A DNA stretch of 51,728 bases from Candidatus Brocadiia bacterium (lineage in GTDB: Bacteria; Planctomycetota; Brocadiia; CAIUPP01): contig JBEKCB010000036.1 of the NCBI GenBank assembly GCA_050015075.1, positions 1 through 51,728 of the forward strand. The letters run 5' to 3'. Positions 37,171-47,101 of this stretch are shown here, one piece after another (position 1 is the stretch's first letter; the number at the start of each line of letters is the position of its first letter). Below the pieces are notes generated by a model, which saw nothing but the letters and a program-made list of their open reading frames with translations, was not told the DNA's origin and did no database searches. The position numbers and the translations under genes were made by a program.

Positions 37171-38316
37171 ATGAGAAAACACAGACAGAACTGGCTCGAC
37201 ATCTTCAGCGGCTTCCGCGTTGCGCTCGACGCGCGCAAGATCATCCTGGGGACCCTCGGCGCGTACGCCACCATCTTCGTCGTGCTCGGCTTCCTCTCGG
37301 TGGCCGGCAACTGGTGGCCCGGCGCGCCAGGGCTCATGGTCGGCCTGCTGGCGGATCCCTTTACCACCGTCTGCAGTATATTGCGCACTCTGCCGGGGCA
37401 GTGCTGCGCGAATGTCCACGCCCTGCGCGATCCGGCCACGTGCTGCATGGCCTTCCAGAAACTGGCCTTCCTCGCGGCCGGCGGCATCGTGCTGCTCTTC
37501 ATCTGGTCGTTCTTCGGCGGCGCCATCGCGCGCATCGCCGCGCTCGATTTCGCTCACGACGAGCGCCCGCAGATCGGCCAGGCCATTGCCTTCAGCTCCG
37601 GCAAATTCGGCTCGTTCTTCTGGTCGCCCATCGTGCCGCTGATCTTCGTCGCCGTCCTCCTGCTGTGCAACGTGCTCCTCGGAGTCGTCGGCCGCATCCC
37701 CGGCGCCGGGCCGATCATCATGGGCCTCTTCTATGCGCTGGCCGCCGTCAGCGCGTTCCTCGTCGTCCTGCTGCTGATCGGTACGGTCTTCGGCTCGCTC
37801 TTCATGTGGCCGACCATCGCCATGGAAGGCACCGACGCGTTCGACGCGATCAGCCGCGCGTTCAATTATCTCTACGCGCGCCCGTGGAAGACGCTCTGGT
37901 GCGTCCTCGTCGCGGCCGTGTACGGCCTGGCCGTGCTGCTCTTCGTCACCGCGTTCGCCGGCCTGCTGCTCTACATCGCGGAACAGGCCGTCGCGGCGGG
38001 CATGGGATACCGGTTCGCGCGGATCGGCTTTTTCCTCCGATGGGGCGCTCCGGCGGACGGAACCACGGTCCCTCAACTCTGGGCGGCGATGTGGATAAAG
38101 GTCGTGCGCGTCACGGTCGTCGGCCTCGTGCTCGGCTACTGGGCCAGCTACAAGATCAGCGCGATGACGATCATCTACAGCGTCCTCCGCCGCGACGTGG
38201 ACGGCACGGACATGAACGAGGTCTTCCTGCCCGAGCCGGAAGAAGAGACGCCGGCGGAACCGCCGGCGGAGCCGAAGCCCGAGACCGCCGCCGGAGAGCA
38301 ACCGAAGTCTGAATGA
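37171..38316 (+). CDS. Multi-pass membrane protein of unknown function
   Basis: About 6 hydrophobic segments, EGTDAFDAISRAF and LRRDVDG motifs; ATG 37171 after GGAGG. Confidence 0.8.
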   Translation: MRKHRQNWLDIFSGFRVALDARKIILGTLGAYATIFVVLGFLSVAGNWWPGAPGLMVGLLADPFTTVCSILRTLPGQCCANVHALRDPATCCMAFQKLAFLAAGGIVLLFIWSFFGGAIARIAALDFAHDERPQIGQAIAFSSGKFGSFFWSPIVPLIFVAVLLLCNVLLGVVGRIPGAGPIIMGLFYALAAVSAFLVVLLLIGTVFGSLFMWPTIAMEGTDAFDAISRAFNYLYARPWKTLWCVLVAAVYGLAVLLFVTAFAGLLLYIAEQAVAAGMGYRFARIGFFLRWGAPADGTTVPQLWAAMWIKVVRVTVVGLVLGYWASYKISAMTIIYSVLRRDVDGTDMNEVFLPEPEEETPAEPPAEPKPETAAGEQPKSE

Positions 38317-38322
38317 TGAATA

Positions 38323-38350
38323 ATGATTGATGAAGCACTTCATCAATCAT
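38323..38350. repeat. AT-rich perfect hairpin ATGATTGATGAAG-CA-CTTCATCAATCAT
   Basis: 13-bp perfect inverted repeat just after the stop at 38316. Confidence 0.7.
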
Positions 38351-38383
38351 CGCCCGCATTTCTGACTTATTCCCGAGGAAACA

Positions 38384-39772
38384 TTGCCGCGTCGCGACAT
38401 CGCTCTTCCCGCCAGCCTGGGCCCCATCGCCCGCGGCGACGGCTCGATTCCGTCGGTCGTCATCGTCGGGCGGCCGAACGTCGGCAAGTCGTCGCTCCTG
38501 AACTGCCTGGCCCGGCAGCGCATCGCCATCGTGGACCCGACCGCCGGCGTCACGCGCGATCGGATCAGCGCGGTTATCGAGCACAATGAGCGTCTCTTCG
38601 AGCTCTGGGACACCGGCGGCATCGGCACTCCCGACGACCTGGCCGCCGAGGTCGAATCGCAGATTGACAGCGCGCTCGAGCGCGCCGACGTGGTGCTCTT
38701 CCTGGTGGACGCTCAGCAGGGGCTGATGCCGCTCGACGAGGAGATCGGCGCGCGCCTGCGCAGGCTGCGGCGGCCGGTGATGCTCGTGGCGAACAAGGTC
38801 GAGCACCCGAAGCACGAGGCGGCCGCGGCGGAGTTCTACACGCTGGGCTTCGGCGCGCCGATCTTCATCAGCGCGCTCAACGGGACCGGCCGGACCGACC
38901 TGCTCACCGAACTCACGAACCGGCTGCCGGAGACCCACACGCGCCCGTCGGAGCCCGTGTTGAAACTCGCCGTCGTGGGCCGGCAGAACGTCGGCAAATC
39001 CACGCTCGTCAATACGCTCGTCGGCGAGCAGCGCGTGATCGTCAGCGACATCCCCGGCACGACGCGCGACGCGGTGGACGTGCGCTTCGAGCACAACGGC
39101 CAAACCTTCGTCGCCGTGGACACCGCCGGGCTGAAGCGCCACAGCAAGGGCGGCAACTCGATCGAGTTCTACGGCCTCGTCCGCGCGTACCGCGCCATCC
39201 GCCGCTGCAACGTGGCCTTGCTGATGATTGACGCGAGCTCAGAAATCTCACGCGTGGACAAGCGCCTCGCCACGGCGATCGAGGACAGCTCGAAGCCGTG
39301 CGTCATCACGGTCAACAAGTGGGACCGCGTCGCGGGCAAGTTCACCACCGAGGAGTACGTCCGGTATCTCGGCGCGCATCTGACCGGGCTGTCGTTTGCG
39401 CCGATAAGTTTCATCTCGGCGAAGGAGAACACGAACATCGAGCGCACGCTCGACCTGGCGCAGGCGCTCTTCAAACAGGCCGGGCGGCAGATCGGAACGC
39501 CCGAGCTGAACGACGTCCTGCATCGAGCCGCGGAAGCGAAGGCGCCCGAAGGCAGCCACGGGAAGCACCCGCGGCTTTTCTACGGCACGCAGATCGCCGT
39601 CGCCCCGCCGACGTTCCTGATCTTCGCCAGCCACCCGCAGCTCATCAGCGCACAGTACACCCGATACCTGGCCAACGACTTCCGCCGGCACCTGCCGTTC
39701 CCCGAAGTCCCGATCCGAATCGTCTACCGCGCGCGCACGCGCAAAGCGGAGCCGGCTGACGAAGCTCGGTGA
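38384..39772 (+). CDS. der: Ribosome biogenesis GTPase Der (EngA)
   Basis: Two G domains (GRPNVGKS/DTGG/NKVE and GRQNVGKS/DTAG/NKWD) plus KH-like tail; start uncertain. Confidence 0.95.
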   Translation: MPRRDIALPASLGPIARGDGSIPSVVIVGRPNVGKSSLLNCLARQRIAIVDPTAGVTRDRISAVIEHNERLFELWDTGGIGTPDDLAAEVESQIDSALERADVVLFLVDAQQGLMPLDEEIGARLRRLRRPVMLVANKVEHPKHEAAAAEFYTLGFGAPIFISALNGTGRTDLLTELTNRLPETHTRPSEPVLKLAVVGRQNVGKSTLVNTLVGEQRVIVSDIPGTTRDAVDVRFEHNGQTFVAVDTAGLKRHSKGGNSIEFYGLVRAYRAIRRCNVALLMIDASSEISRVDKRLATAIEDSSKPCVITVNKWDRVAGKFTTEEYVRYLGAHLTGLSFAPISFISAKENTNIERTLDLAQALFKQAGRQIGTPELNDVLHRAAEAKAPEGSHGKHPRLFYGTQIAVAPPTFLIFASHPQLISAQYTRYLANDFRRHLPFPEVPIRIVYRARTRKAEPADEAR

Positions 39773-39788
39773 GCCTCGGCCGCGCGCC

Positions 39789-39817
39789 TTGACTCGCCTG
39801 CCGCCCCGGCTTATATT
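39789..39817 (+). promoter_or_regulatory. Sigma70 promoter of the kinase gene
   Basis: TTGACT-N17-TATATT. Confidence 0.6.
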
Positions 39818-39872
39818 CGATTGGACACGGCCGCCCGCTCCCACGCGTTCCCCGGCCGCTATTGGAACGGCG

Positions 39873-41102
39873 ATGGAGAAGATCGGCAAATACGTCATCG
39901 AGTCCAAGCTCGGTCAAGGCGGGATGGGCATCGTCTACAAGTGCCTCGACCCCGAGACCGGCCGCCACACCGCCGTGAAGGTGCTCCCGCAGCAGTTGAC
40001 CGCCTCGCCGAACTTCCTGCAGCGGTTCAAGCGCGAGGTGCTCACGCTCCAACGGCTCGATCACCCGAACATCGTTCGCATCTACGACCACGGCGAGTGG
40101 GAAGGCGCTTATTACTACGCGATGGAGTACGTCGAGGGCGTGGGGCTGGATTCCATCCTCGAAAACAAGGAGAGGATGCCTCCGCTCGAGGCGCTGCACA
40201 TCGTCCGCGCCTGCGCCGAGGCGCTCCAGCACAGCCACGCGCGCGCCGTCATCCACCGCGACATCAAGCCGGCCAACATCATGATCACCTCCGACGGCGG
40301 CGTGAAGCTGATGGATTTCGGCATCGCCAAGGTCCTCGACGCTACGCGCATGACCGAGACGCTCAGCGTGCTCGGCACGGTCGAGTACATGTCGCCCGAA
40401 CAGTCGCAGGGCCGCCACGTGGACGCGCACAGCGACCTCTACTCGCTCGGCGTGGTGCTCTACCAGTGCCTCACGGCGCGCGTGCCGATCAGCGGGACGA
40501 CGCCGACCGAAGTCATCATGAAGCTCCGCACGCACCAGATCGAGCCGCCGAGCGCGTGGACACCGGAGCTGCCGAAGAGCCTCGATGCGCTGGTGATGCA
40601 CCTGCTCGAGCGCGACACGTCGAAGCGGCTCGCCTCGGCGGCGGAACTGATCCGCGAGATCGAGCGCGTCGAGCACCACATCAAGGCCGGCGCCGTCGGC
40701 CATGGGCCGATCGCTTCGGCCGACCGCATGCCGATCACCGGGCAGACCGCGACGCCGCTCTGGCGGAACCCGTGGGCGATCGGGTTCCTGCTGCTCGCGC
40801 TGGGCATCGTGCTCTGGATTACGTTGCGCCCGGCGCCGCCTCCACCGGCCGCCGTGGCGGCGCCAGAGCAGGAGCATCGCCCGCCGGCGGTGATCATGGC
40901 CTGGGCCAGGAAGGCCCTGGTGGACAAGAGGTACGATTATGCCGAGGACCTCTGCCAACTCCTGATGAAGTATTGGCGCGGAACGAAGGAGGCGCAGCGG
41001 GCGCAGGAGTTGCTCAAGACAATCCAGGAGGACCGCACCCTGGAAGCCGCGCCGCCGAAGGCGCCGAACCCGGCTCCGCTGAAAGAGTCTCGCGCGCCAT
41101 GA
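39873..41102 (+). CDS. Membrane-anchored Hanks-type Ser/Thr protein kinase
   Basis: GQGGMG, AVK, HRDIKPAN, DFG and YMSPE motifs, then a TM segment and short external domain. Confidence 0.95.
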   Translation: MEKIGKYVIESKLGQGGMGIVYKCLDPETGRHTAVKVLPQQLTASPNFLQRFKREVLTLQRLDHPNIVRIYDHGEWEGAYYYAMEYVEGVGLDSILENKERMPPLEALHIVRACAEALQHSHARAVIHRDIKPANIMITSDGGVKLMDFGIAKVLDATRMTETLSVLGTVEYMSPEQSQGRHVDAHSDLYSLGVVLYQCLTARVPISGTTPTEVIMKLRTHQIEPPSAWTPELPKSLDALVMHLLERDTSKRLASAAELIREIERVEHHIKAGAVGHGPIASADRMPITGQTATPLWRNPWAIGFLLLALGIVLWITLRPAPPPPAAVAAPEQEHRPPAVIMAWARKALVDKRYDYAEDLCQLLMKYWRGTKEAQRAQELLKTIQEDRTLEAAPPKAPNPAPLKESRAP

Positions 41103-41125
41103 CGCCACGCCGGGCGGGACTCGTA

Positions 41126-41154
41126 TTGACAGAGAGAAAGCCGCGAAGTAAACT
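41126..41154 (+). promoter_or_regulatory. Sigma70 promoter of the GH4 gene
   Basis: TTGACA-N17-TAAACT. Confidence 0.7.
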
Positions 41155-41216
41155 CCCTGCGGTCGGGCGTACTCCAGTTTTCTTTCACGCTGAACCAGGA
41201 CAAGAAGGAGAAACCG

Positions 41217-42536
41217 TTGGCGAAGATCGCATTCATCGGCGCGGGAAGCTACGGGTTTACCCGCGGGCTCGTGAAGGACGTCCTGACGTTTCCTGCGCTG
41301 CGCGGCTCGACGCTGGCGCTGATGGACATCAACGACCAGCGGCTCGATTTCGCGCGCCGCTCCGTCGCGCGCATCATCCGCGAGGGCAACTATCCGGCGA
41401 CCATCCTCGCGACCAAGGACCGCAAGGAGGCGCTCAAGGGCGCCGACGCCGTCCTCTGCACCATCCTGTCCGCGCCGGTCAATATCTGGCGGCATGACAT
41501 CGAAATCCCCAAGCAGTTCGGCGTCGATATCAATGTCGGCGACACGCGCGGGCCCGCCGGCATCTTCCGCGCGCTGCGCACCATCCCGGTGATGCTCGAC
41601 ATCTGCCGCGACATGGAACGCCTCTGCCCGAACGCGATTCTGCTCAACTACACGAACCCCATGGCGATGCTCTGCCGCGCCATGCAGCGCACCAGTCCGC
41701 TGCGCATCACCGGCCTCTGCCACAGCGTGCAGGGCACGGCCATGATGCTCGCGCACTGGATCGGCGCGCCGATGGACGAGATTACGTACACCTGCGCCGG
41801 GATCAATCACCAGGCGTGGTACATCCGCTACGACTGGAAGCGCAAAGACGCGATCCCGCTCATCCGCAAGGCCATTGAAGGCAGCCGCAAAATCTACAAC
41901 GAGGAGCAGGTCCGCAACGAGATGTTCCTGAACCTGGGCTATTACGTCACCGAATCGAGCGGGCACAACTCCGAATACAGTTGGTGGTTCCGCAAGCGGC
42001 CGGACCTGATCCGCAAATACTGCACCACCGGGACGGGCTGGAATCCCGGCGTTTACGGTTACATCATGAAGGACTACCTGCACCGCGAGAAGACCTGGCA
42101 CCGCGAGGCCGAGAGCTGGATCGCGGACCCGGCGCCGCTGAATCTGAAGCGCGGCCACGAGTACGCCGCCTCCATCATCAACGCCTACCTCGGCGGCGGG
42201 CCGTTCCTGTTCAACGGCAATGTGCCGAACGCCGGCCTCGTCACGAACCTGCCGCAGGACGCGTGCGTCGAGGTGCCCGTCTACGCGGACCGGAACGGGT
42301 TCAATCCCGTCCATGTCGGCGCCCTGCCGCCGCAACTGGCTGCGCTCAACAACGTCAGCATCGCCTCCGAGGAGATGACGGTCGAGGCGGCGCTCACCGG
42401 CAACCGCGAGATGGTTTTCCATGCCATCGCCTACGATCCGCTCACCGCCGCCGTCCTGTCCCTGGCGGAGATACGGAAGATGGTGGACGCCATGTTCAAG
42501 AAGAACAAAGCATACCTGCCGCAGTTCAAACGTTGA
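41217..42536 (+). CDS. GH4 alpha-galactosidase/alpha-glucosidase (MelA-like)
   Basis: [30 protein letters not shown] and ESSGHNSEY motifs. Confidence 0.92.
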   Translation: MAKIAFIGAGSYGFTRGLVKDVLTFPALRGSTLALMDINDQRLDFARRSVARIIREGNYPATILATKDRKEALKGADAVLCTILSAPVNIWRHDIEIPKQFGVDINVGDTRGPAGIFRALRTIPVMLDICRDMERLCPNAILLNYTNPMAMLCRAMQRTSPLRITGLCHSVQGTAMMLAHWIGAPMDEITYTCAGINHQAWYIRYDWKRKDAIPLIRKAIEGSRKIYNEEQVRNEMFLNLGYYVTESSGHNSEYSWWFRKRPDLIRKYCTTGTGWNPGVYGYIMKDYLHREKTWHREAESWIADPAPLNLKRGHEYAASIINAYLGGGPFLFNGNVPNAGLVTNLPQDACVEVPVYADRNGFNPVHVGALPPQLAALNNVSIASEEMTVEAALTGNREMVFHAIAYDPLTAAVLSLAEIRKMVDAMFKKNKAYLPQFKR

Positions 42537-42547
42537 AGACGCGCCCG

Positions 42548-43624
42548 GTGTCAGACCAAGACCATGACGCTGCTGCCGGCATTCTGATCATCCGGCTCGG
42601 TTCGCTCGGCGACGTGGCCAACACGCTGCCGGCGGTGCAGGCGCTCAAGGAGAGCCTGCCGGGCGAGCGCTTCGCATGGCTGGTGGAGGAGCCGGCGGCG
42701 GAACTCGTCCGGCTTGCCGGGGTGGCGGAGCGGATCATCCTCTTTCCGCGCCGGCGGCTCGGCGAACTGCTGCGCAGGCCGTGGCGCTGGCCGGCGCTGT
42801 GGGCGGAGCTGATGGGCCTCCGGCGGGAAATCCGCGCGCAGGGTTATTTCTGCTCGATGGACTTCCAGGGGAACCTCAAGAGCGGATTCCTCGTCCTGCT
42901 CTCCGGCGCGCGGGACCGGATCGGTTTCGCGCGCGGCCACTGCCGCGAGATGAACTGGCTCTTCAACAATATCTGGGCGTTGCCGTCCTCGACCAGGCTG
43001 CTGCGCGCGGAGAAGGCGGCGGCGCTGGCGCAAGCGGTCGCGCCCGGGCTGAAGCTGCGGCCGGTAAGCCTGGCCGAAGACGAGCGGAACGTCGAGCGCG
43101 TCGCGCAGTTCGTGCAGACATTCCCGGGCGATGGGCCCCTGGCGGTATTGCACCCGGGCACGAGCGTGTTCGGCCGGTTCAAGCGCTGGCCCGCCGCGCG
43201 GTTCGGCGAGACGGCCGCGCGCCTCCAGCGCGACATCGGCGCCCGTTGCGTGGTGACGTACGGCCCCGGCGAGGAGGAACTTGCCGCGGAAGTCGTCGCC
43301 GCCTCGTCCGGCGCGGCGCGTCTGCCGCCGAAGTTCACCCTGGGCGAGCTCATCGAACTCCTGCGGCGCGCGTCGGTCGTGATCGGCGCGGACACCGGCC
43401 CGCTCCACCTGGCCGCGCTGCTCAAGCGCCCGGTCGTCGCGATGCTCGGCCCGAAAGATCCCGCCATCTACGCGCCCTACGGCACGCGCTCCGAAATCGT
43501 CCGCGCGGACCTGCCGTGCAGCCCGTGCACGAAACGCCGATGCGACCACGTGCGGTGCATGGAGTGCATTTCAGCGGCGGATGTCGCGGCGGCGGCGGAA
43601 CGGCTGATGAACCACGCGGATTGA
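42548..43624 (+). CDS. Glycosyltransferase family 9 (heptosyltransferase-like)
   Basis: RLGSLGDV, DFQGNLKS, HPGTS..KRWP, DTGPLHLAA and CSPC motifs; start moved to GTG 42548. Confidence 0.9.
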   Translation: MSDQDHDAAAGILIIRLGSLGDVANTLPAVQALKESLPGERFAWLVEEPAAELVRLAGVAERIILFPRRRLGELLRRPWRWPALWAELMGLRREIRAQGYFCSMDFQGNLKSGFLVLLSGARDRIGFARGHCREMNWLFNNIWALPSSTRLLRAEKAAALAQAVAPGLKLRPVSLAEDERNVERVAQFVQTFPGDGPLAVLHPGTSVFGRFKRWPAARFGETAARLQRDIGARCVVTYGPGEEELAAEVVAASSGAARLPPKFTLGELIELLRRASVVIGADTGPLHLAALLKRPVVAMLGPKDPAIYAPYGTRSEIVRADLPCSPCTKRRCDHVRCMECISAADVAAAAERLMNHAD

Positions 43625-43642
43625 TCCGGGCGCGGCGCCGGC

Positions 43643-44125
43643 TCAGGACTGCTTTGCGGGCCCCTCGTCAATGTCCAGCGTCAGCGCGACTTCCGTGCAG
43701 TTGGGGAAGTGCGGACAGTTCGCGCAGTCCACCCAGATCTTGTGCGGGAACTTGTCCTTGCCGATGCGGCGAAAGCCGAGCCGCTGGAAGAAATCGGGCT
43801 GGTAGGTGAGGACGAAAATCGTCTTCACGCCGAGCACCTTTGCCTCGGCGATGCAGGCGCTGACGAGCGTGGTGCCGATGCCCAGCCGCCATGAGCCTTC
43901 CGCGACGGCGACGGAGCGGATCTCGGCCAGGTCGCTCCAGAGGTGCAGCGCGCCGCAGCCGACGATCTGGCCGTCCCTCTCGCAGATCACGAAATCGCGC
44001 AGATTCTCGGCGACCTGGCTGACGGTGCGCGGGAGAAGGAACTTCCGCTCGGCATAGTGCTGGATCAGCTTCTGGATGCCGGGCGCGTCCTGGAGCGTCG
44101 GTTTTCGGATGAGGTTCTCAGCCAT
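43643..44125 (-). CDS. GNAT N-acetyltransferase, short ArgA-type N-acetylglutamate synthase
   Basis: LLPR, GCGALH, AEIRSVAV, FVLTY and KIWVDCANC motifs. Confidence 0.82.
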   Translation of the reverse strand: MAENLIRKPTLQDAPGIQKLIQHYAERKFLLPRTVSQVAENLRDFVICERDGQIVGCGALHLWSDLAEIRSVAVAEGSWRLGIGTTLVSACIAEAKVLGVKTIFVLTYQPDFFQRLGFRRIGKDKFPHKIWVDCANCPHFPNCTEVALTLDIDEGPAKQS

Positions 44126-44140
44126 CGGGTCCTGCGCCGG

Positions 44141-45385
44141 TCATGGCGGCGTGACCGTCATGATCTGCCGCGCCTCGTCGGGGTAGTTCGCGACGAAGAG
44201 CAGTTCGTGCTGCGTCAGCGGCTTCTGGGTGTGGACGTTCGCATAGCGCACCAGTTCGAGGATGCGCGTCGCCTCGGCCTCGTTCTTGAACTCGATCTTC
44301 AGCTTGCCGTACACGTTGCGGAATCCCTTGATGCCGCTATATTCGCCGACGGTAATCAGCCGGCCGGTCTCGACGGTCTCCGGCTCGCCGCGGCCGAGTT
44401 CCTCGTAATCGTAGAGTTCGTAGTTGCGGCTGTCCTTCAGCGCGCCGTCGGCGTGGATGCCCGACTCGTGGGCGAACGCGTTCGCGCCGACGCCCGGCTG
44501 GTTGATCGGGATCGGCACGCCGAAGGCGTACGCGCCGTACTTCGCGATCGCCCACGCCTTGGAGAGCTTGACGCGCGGGTCGAGCAGCTTGCGCTCGGCG
44601 AACCCGCTCGCGTAGCGCAGCGCCAGAATGGTGCTGATGAGGTCGGCGTTTCCGGCGCGCTCGCCCATGCCGTTGACCGTGGTGTTGATGTACGCGTCCA
44701 CGCCGCCGTCCACGGCGCCGACCGCGCCGGCGGTGGAGACGGCGACGGCCATGCCCAGGTCGTCGTGGCAATGCAGCTCGATCGGCAGCCCGACGGTCTC
44801 AGCCAGCTTGCGGCAGCGCTCGTAGACCGTGAACGGGTCGTGGTAGCCGAGCGTATCGCAGTACCGGATGCTCTTGCCGCCGATCTCCTTCGCGCGCGCG
44901 GCGTACTCGATCAGTTCGTTCATCTCCGTGCGCGAGGCGTCCTCGGCGTTCACGCCGACCCACTCCGCGCCGTGATCGTAGCACGCCTTGACCGCCTCCT
45001 CCATCATCCGGATGACGCCCTTGCGGTCCACTTTGCCCTCGAACTTGCCGTGGATCATCTGGTGCGAGGTGGAGATGGAGATGCAGATGTGCTTGAGGCC
45101 GGGGACGAACTCGAAGGACTGCTCGACGTCCTTGAGCCGCGCCGTGCACCAGCCCGAGAGGGCGATCGGGTCGAGCAGGCCCTTGGCCTTGAGCTGCAGG
45201 TTCGCGTTGAGGTAATGCTGCTCGTGCGCGGTGAACGGGAAGCCGAACTCGCTGCGGTAGACGCCCATCTCGTTGAGGAGGACGTTGATGATCGTCTTCT
45301 CGAGCTTGGCGAGTCCCAGCCGCGAGGTCTGAACCCCGTCCCGGTTGGTCACATCCACGATGCGGATCAGGTGCGGTTCGGCCAC
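44141..45385 (-). CDS. DRE-TIM Claisen-condensing enzyme (homocitrate synthase-like; possible Re-citrate synthase)
   Basis: DVTNRDGVQ, NAEDASRT, CDTLG, HCHDDLG, GERAGNA and HESGIHADG motifs; no LeuA regulatory domain. Confidence 0.8.
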   Translation of the reverse strand: MAEPHLIRIVDVTNRDGVQTSRLGLAKLEKTIINVLLNEMGVYRSEFGFPFTAHEQHYLNANLQLKAKGLLDPIALSGWCTARLKDVEQSFEFVPGLKHICISISTSHQMIHGKFEGKVDRKGVIRMMEEAVKACYDHGAEWVGVNAEDASRTEMNELIEYAARAKEIGGKSIRYCDTLGYHDPFTVYERCRKLAETVGLPIELHCHDDLGMAVAVSTAGAVGAVDGGVDAYINTTVNGMGERAGNADLISTILALRYASGFAERKLLDPRVKLSKAWAIAKYGAYAFGVPIPINQPGVGANAFAHESGIHADGALKDSRNYELYDYEELGRGEPETVETGRLITVGEYSGIKGFRNVYGKLKIEFKNEAEATRILELVRYANVHTQKPLTQHELLFVANYPDEARQIMTVTPP

Positions 45386-45400
45386 GGCTGCGCTCCCTTT

Positions 45401-46141
45401 CTATTGGGCCATCGAGGCCAGCAGGCTTTCGGGCAGCTCCATATTCGAATAGACGCTCTGCACGTCGTCGTGATCGTCAATCTGGCCGAGGAGGTCCATG
45501 AGTTTCCTGCCGAGGTCCGCGTCCACGGGCACGGAACTCTTCGGCATCTGCGTCACTTCGGCCGATTCGACCTTGATGCCCTTGTCGGCGAGCGCCTTCT
45601 TGACGCGGTAGAGCTCCAGCGGCGCGGTGGTGACCTGGAAGACGTTGCCGGTGCGCTGCATGTCTTCGCCGCCGGCGTCGAGGACGACCTCGAGCAACTG
45701 GTCCTCGGAGACGCCTTCGGCGGGGACGGTGATCAGCCCTTTCTGCTCGAAGGCCCAGGCGACGCTGCCGAGGTGCGCGTTGCGCATCTCGAGGAGCTTG
45801 CGGATTTCCGCGGAGGTGCGGTTGCGGTTGTCGGTGAGGACCTCGATGAGGATGAAGACGCCGCCGGGACCGATCGCCTCGTACTGCGCGCTCTCGAGCA
45901 CGGCGCCGCCGAGTTCGCCCGTGCCTTTTTTCATGGCGCGCTCGATGTTGTCCTTGGGCATGGAATACTCGCGCGCCTTGTCCATGGCGTACTTCAGCCC
46001 GATGTTGGTCTCCGGGTCGCCGCCGCCCATCCGCGCGGCGATGGTGATCTGGCGCGCCAGCTTGCTGAAGAGCTGCCCGCGCTTGCTGTCGGTCGCCCCC
46101 TTCTTGCGTCGGATCGTCGCCCAGTGCGAATGTCCGGACAT
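45401..46141 (-). CDS. yebC: YebC/PmpR family protein
   Basis: MSGHSHWATI, TDNRNRT and DDVQSVYSN motifs. Confidence 0.95.
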   Translation of the reverse strand: MSGHSHWATIRRKKGATDSKRGQLFSKLARQITIAARMGGGDPETNIGLKYAMDKAREYSMPKDNIERAMKKGTGELGGAVLESAQYEAIGPGGVFILIEVLTDNRNRTSAEIRKLLEMRNAHLGSVAWAFEQKGLITVPAEGVSEDQLLEVVLDAGGEDMQRTGNVFQVTTAPLELYRVKKALADKGIKVESAEVTQMPKSSVPVDADLGRKLMDLLGQIDDHDDVQSVYSNMELPESLLASMAQ

Positions 46142-46231
46142 GTCCGCTCCTCCTTTTCAGTCCCGCTGATTCATCGCGGCCCCGGCGCGGCGACAGCCCG
46201 CCGGCGCCCATCGCGTCCGCGCGAAGCGAGG

Positions 46232-47101
46232 CTACGGGATGACTTTGTTCAACGGATACTCGACGATGGCTTCCGCGCCGGCGCGGCGCAGGTCCGGGAT
46301 GATCTTCCGGACGACGCTCTCGTCCACGATCGTCTCGAGCGCGAAGCCGGCGCCGCTCGCCAGGCCGGACATCGTCGGCTTCTTCATCGCCGGGAGCGCC
46401 TTCAGCACGGCGTCGAGGTTCTCCGCCGAGACGTTCATCTTCAGCCCGACCTTGAACCGCGCCGCCAGCGCGCCCTGGAGGAGAATCGCGATGGACTCCA
46501 TTTTCTCGCGCTTCCACGGGTCGGCCCAAGCGGCGTCGGAGGCGATGAGCTGCGGGCGCGAGACCAGCACGGTCTCGATGATCCGCATCTTGTTCGCGCG
46601 CAGGCTCGCGCCGGTCTCCGTGCCGTCCATGATCGCGTCCACCAGGTCCGGCGCCTTGGATTCCGTCGCGCCGTGCGAGAACTCGACTTCGGCCTTGACG
46701 CCGGCCTTGCTGAGGAACTCCGAGGCCACGTTGACCAGCTCGGTCGAGATGCGCTTGCCCTGCAGGTCTTTCACGGCGCGGATGGGCGAATTCTCCGGCA
46801 CGGCGATCACCCACCGGAACGGCGTCAGCGACTGCTTGCTGTAGGTCAGCTCCGTCACGACGTGCACGCGCGAGCGCATCTCCGCCACCCAGTCGTTCCC
46901 GGTCAGGCCGCAGTCCACGACGCCCTTCTCGACGAAGCGCGACATGTCCTGCGGACGGAGCAGACGCGCTTCGATCTCCGGGTCGTCAATCTCCGGGTAG
47001 TACGAGCGCGACCGGACGGTGACGTTATACCCGGCGCGGCGCATCATCTCCAGCGTCGCTTCCTGGAGGTTGCCGATGGGGATTCCGAACTTCAGTTGCA
47101 T
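46232..47101 (-). CDS. hisG: ATP phosphoribosyltransferase (long form)
   Basis: RPQDM, DCGLTGNDW, SHGATE, ETGASL and IVEYPLNKVIP motifs; ATG 47101 overlaps the upstream TAA. Confidence 0.95.
   Translation of the reverse strand: MQLKFGIPIGNLQEATLEMMRRAGYNVTVRSRSYYPEIDDPEIEARLLRPQDMSRFVEKGVVDCGLTGNDWVAEMRSRVHVVTELTYSKQSLTPFRWVIAVPENSPIRAVKDLQGKRISTELVNVASEFLSKAGVKAEVEFSHGATESKAPDLVDAIMDGTETGASLRANKMRIIETVLVSRPQLIASDAAWADPWKREKMESIAILLQGALAARFKVGLKMNVSAENLDAVLKALPAMKKPTMSGLASGAGFALETIVDESVVRKIIPDLRRAGAEAIVEYPLNKVIP

Noticed and set aside
44141-45385. nifV as evidence of nitrogen fixation
   Set aside because: No nif genes in the window; the context is housekeeping.
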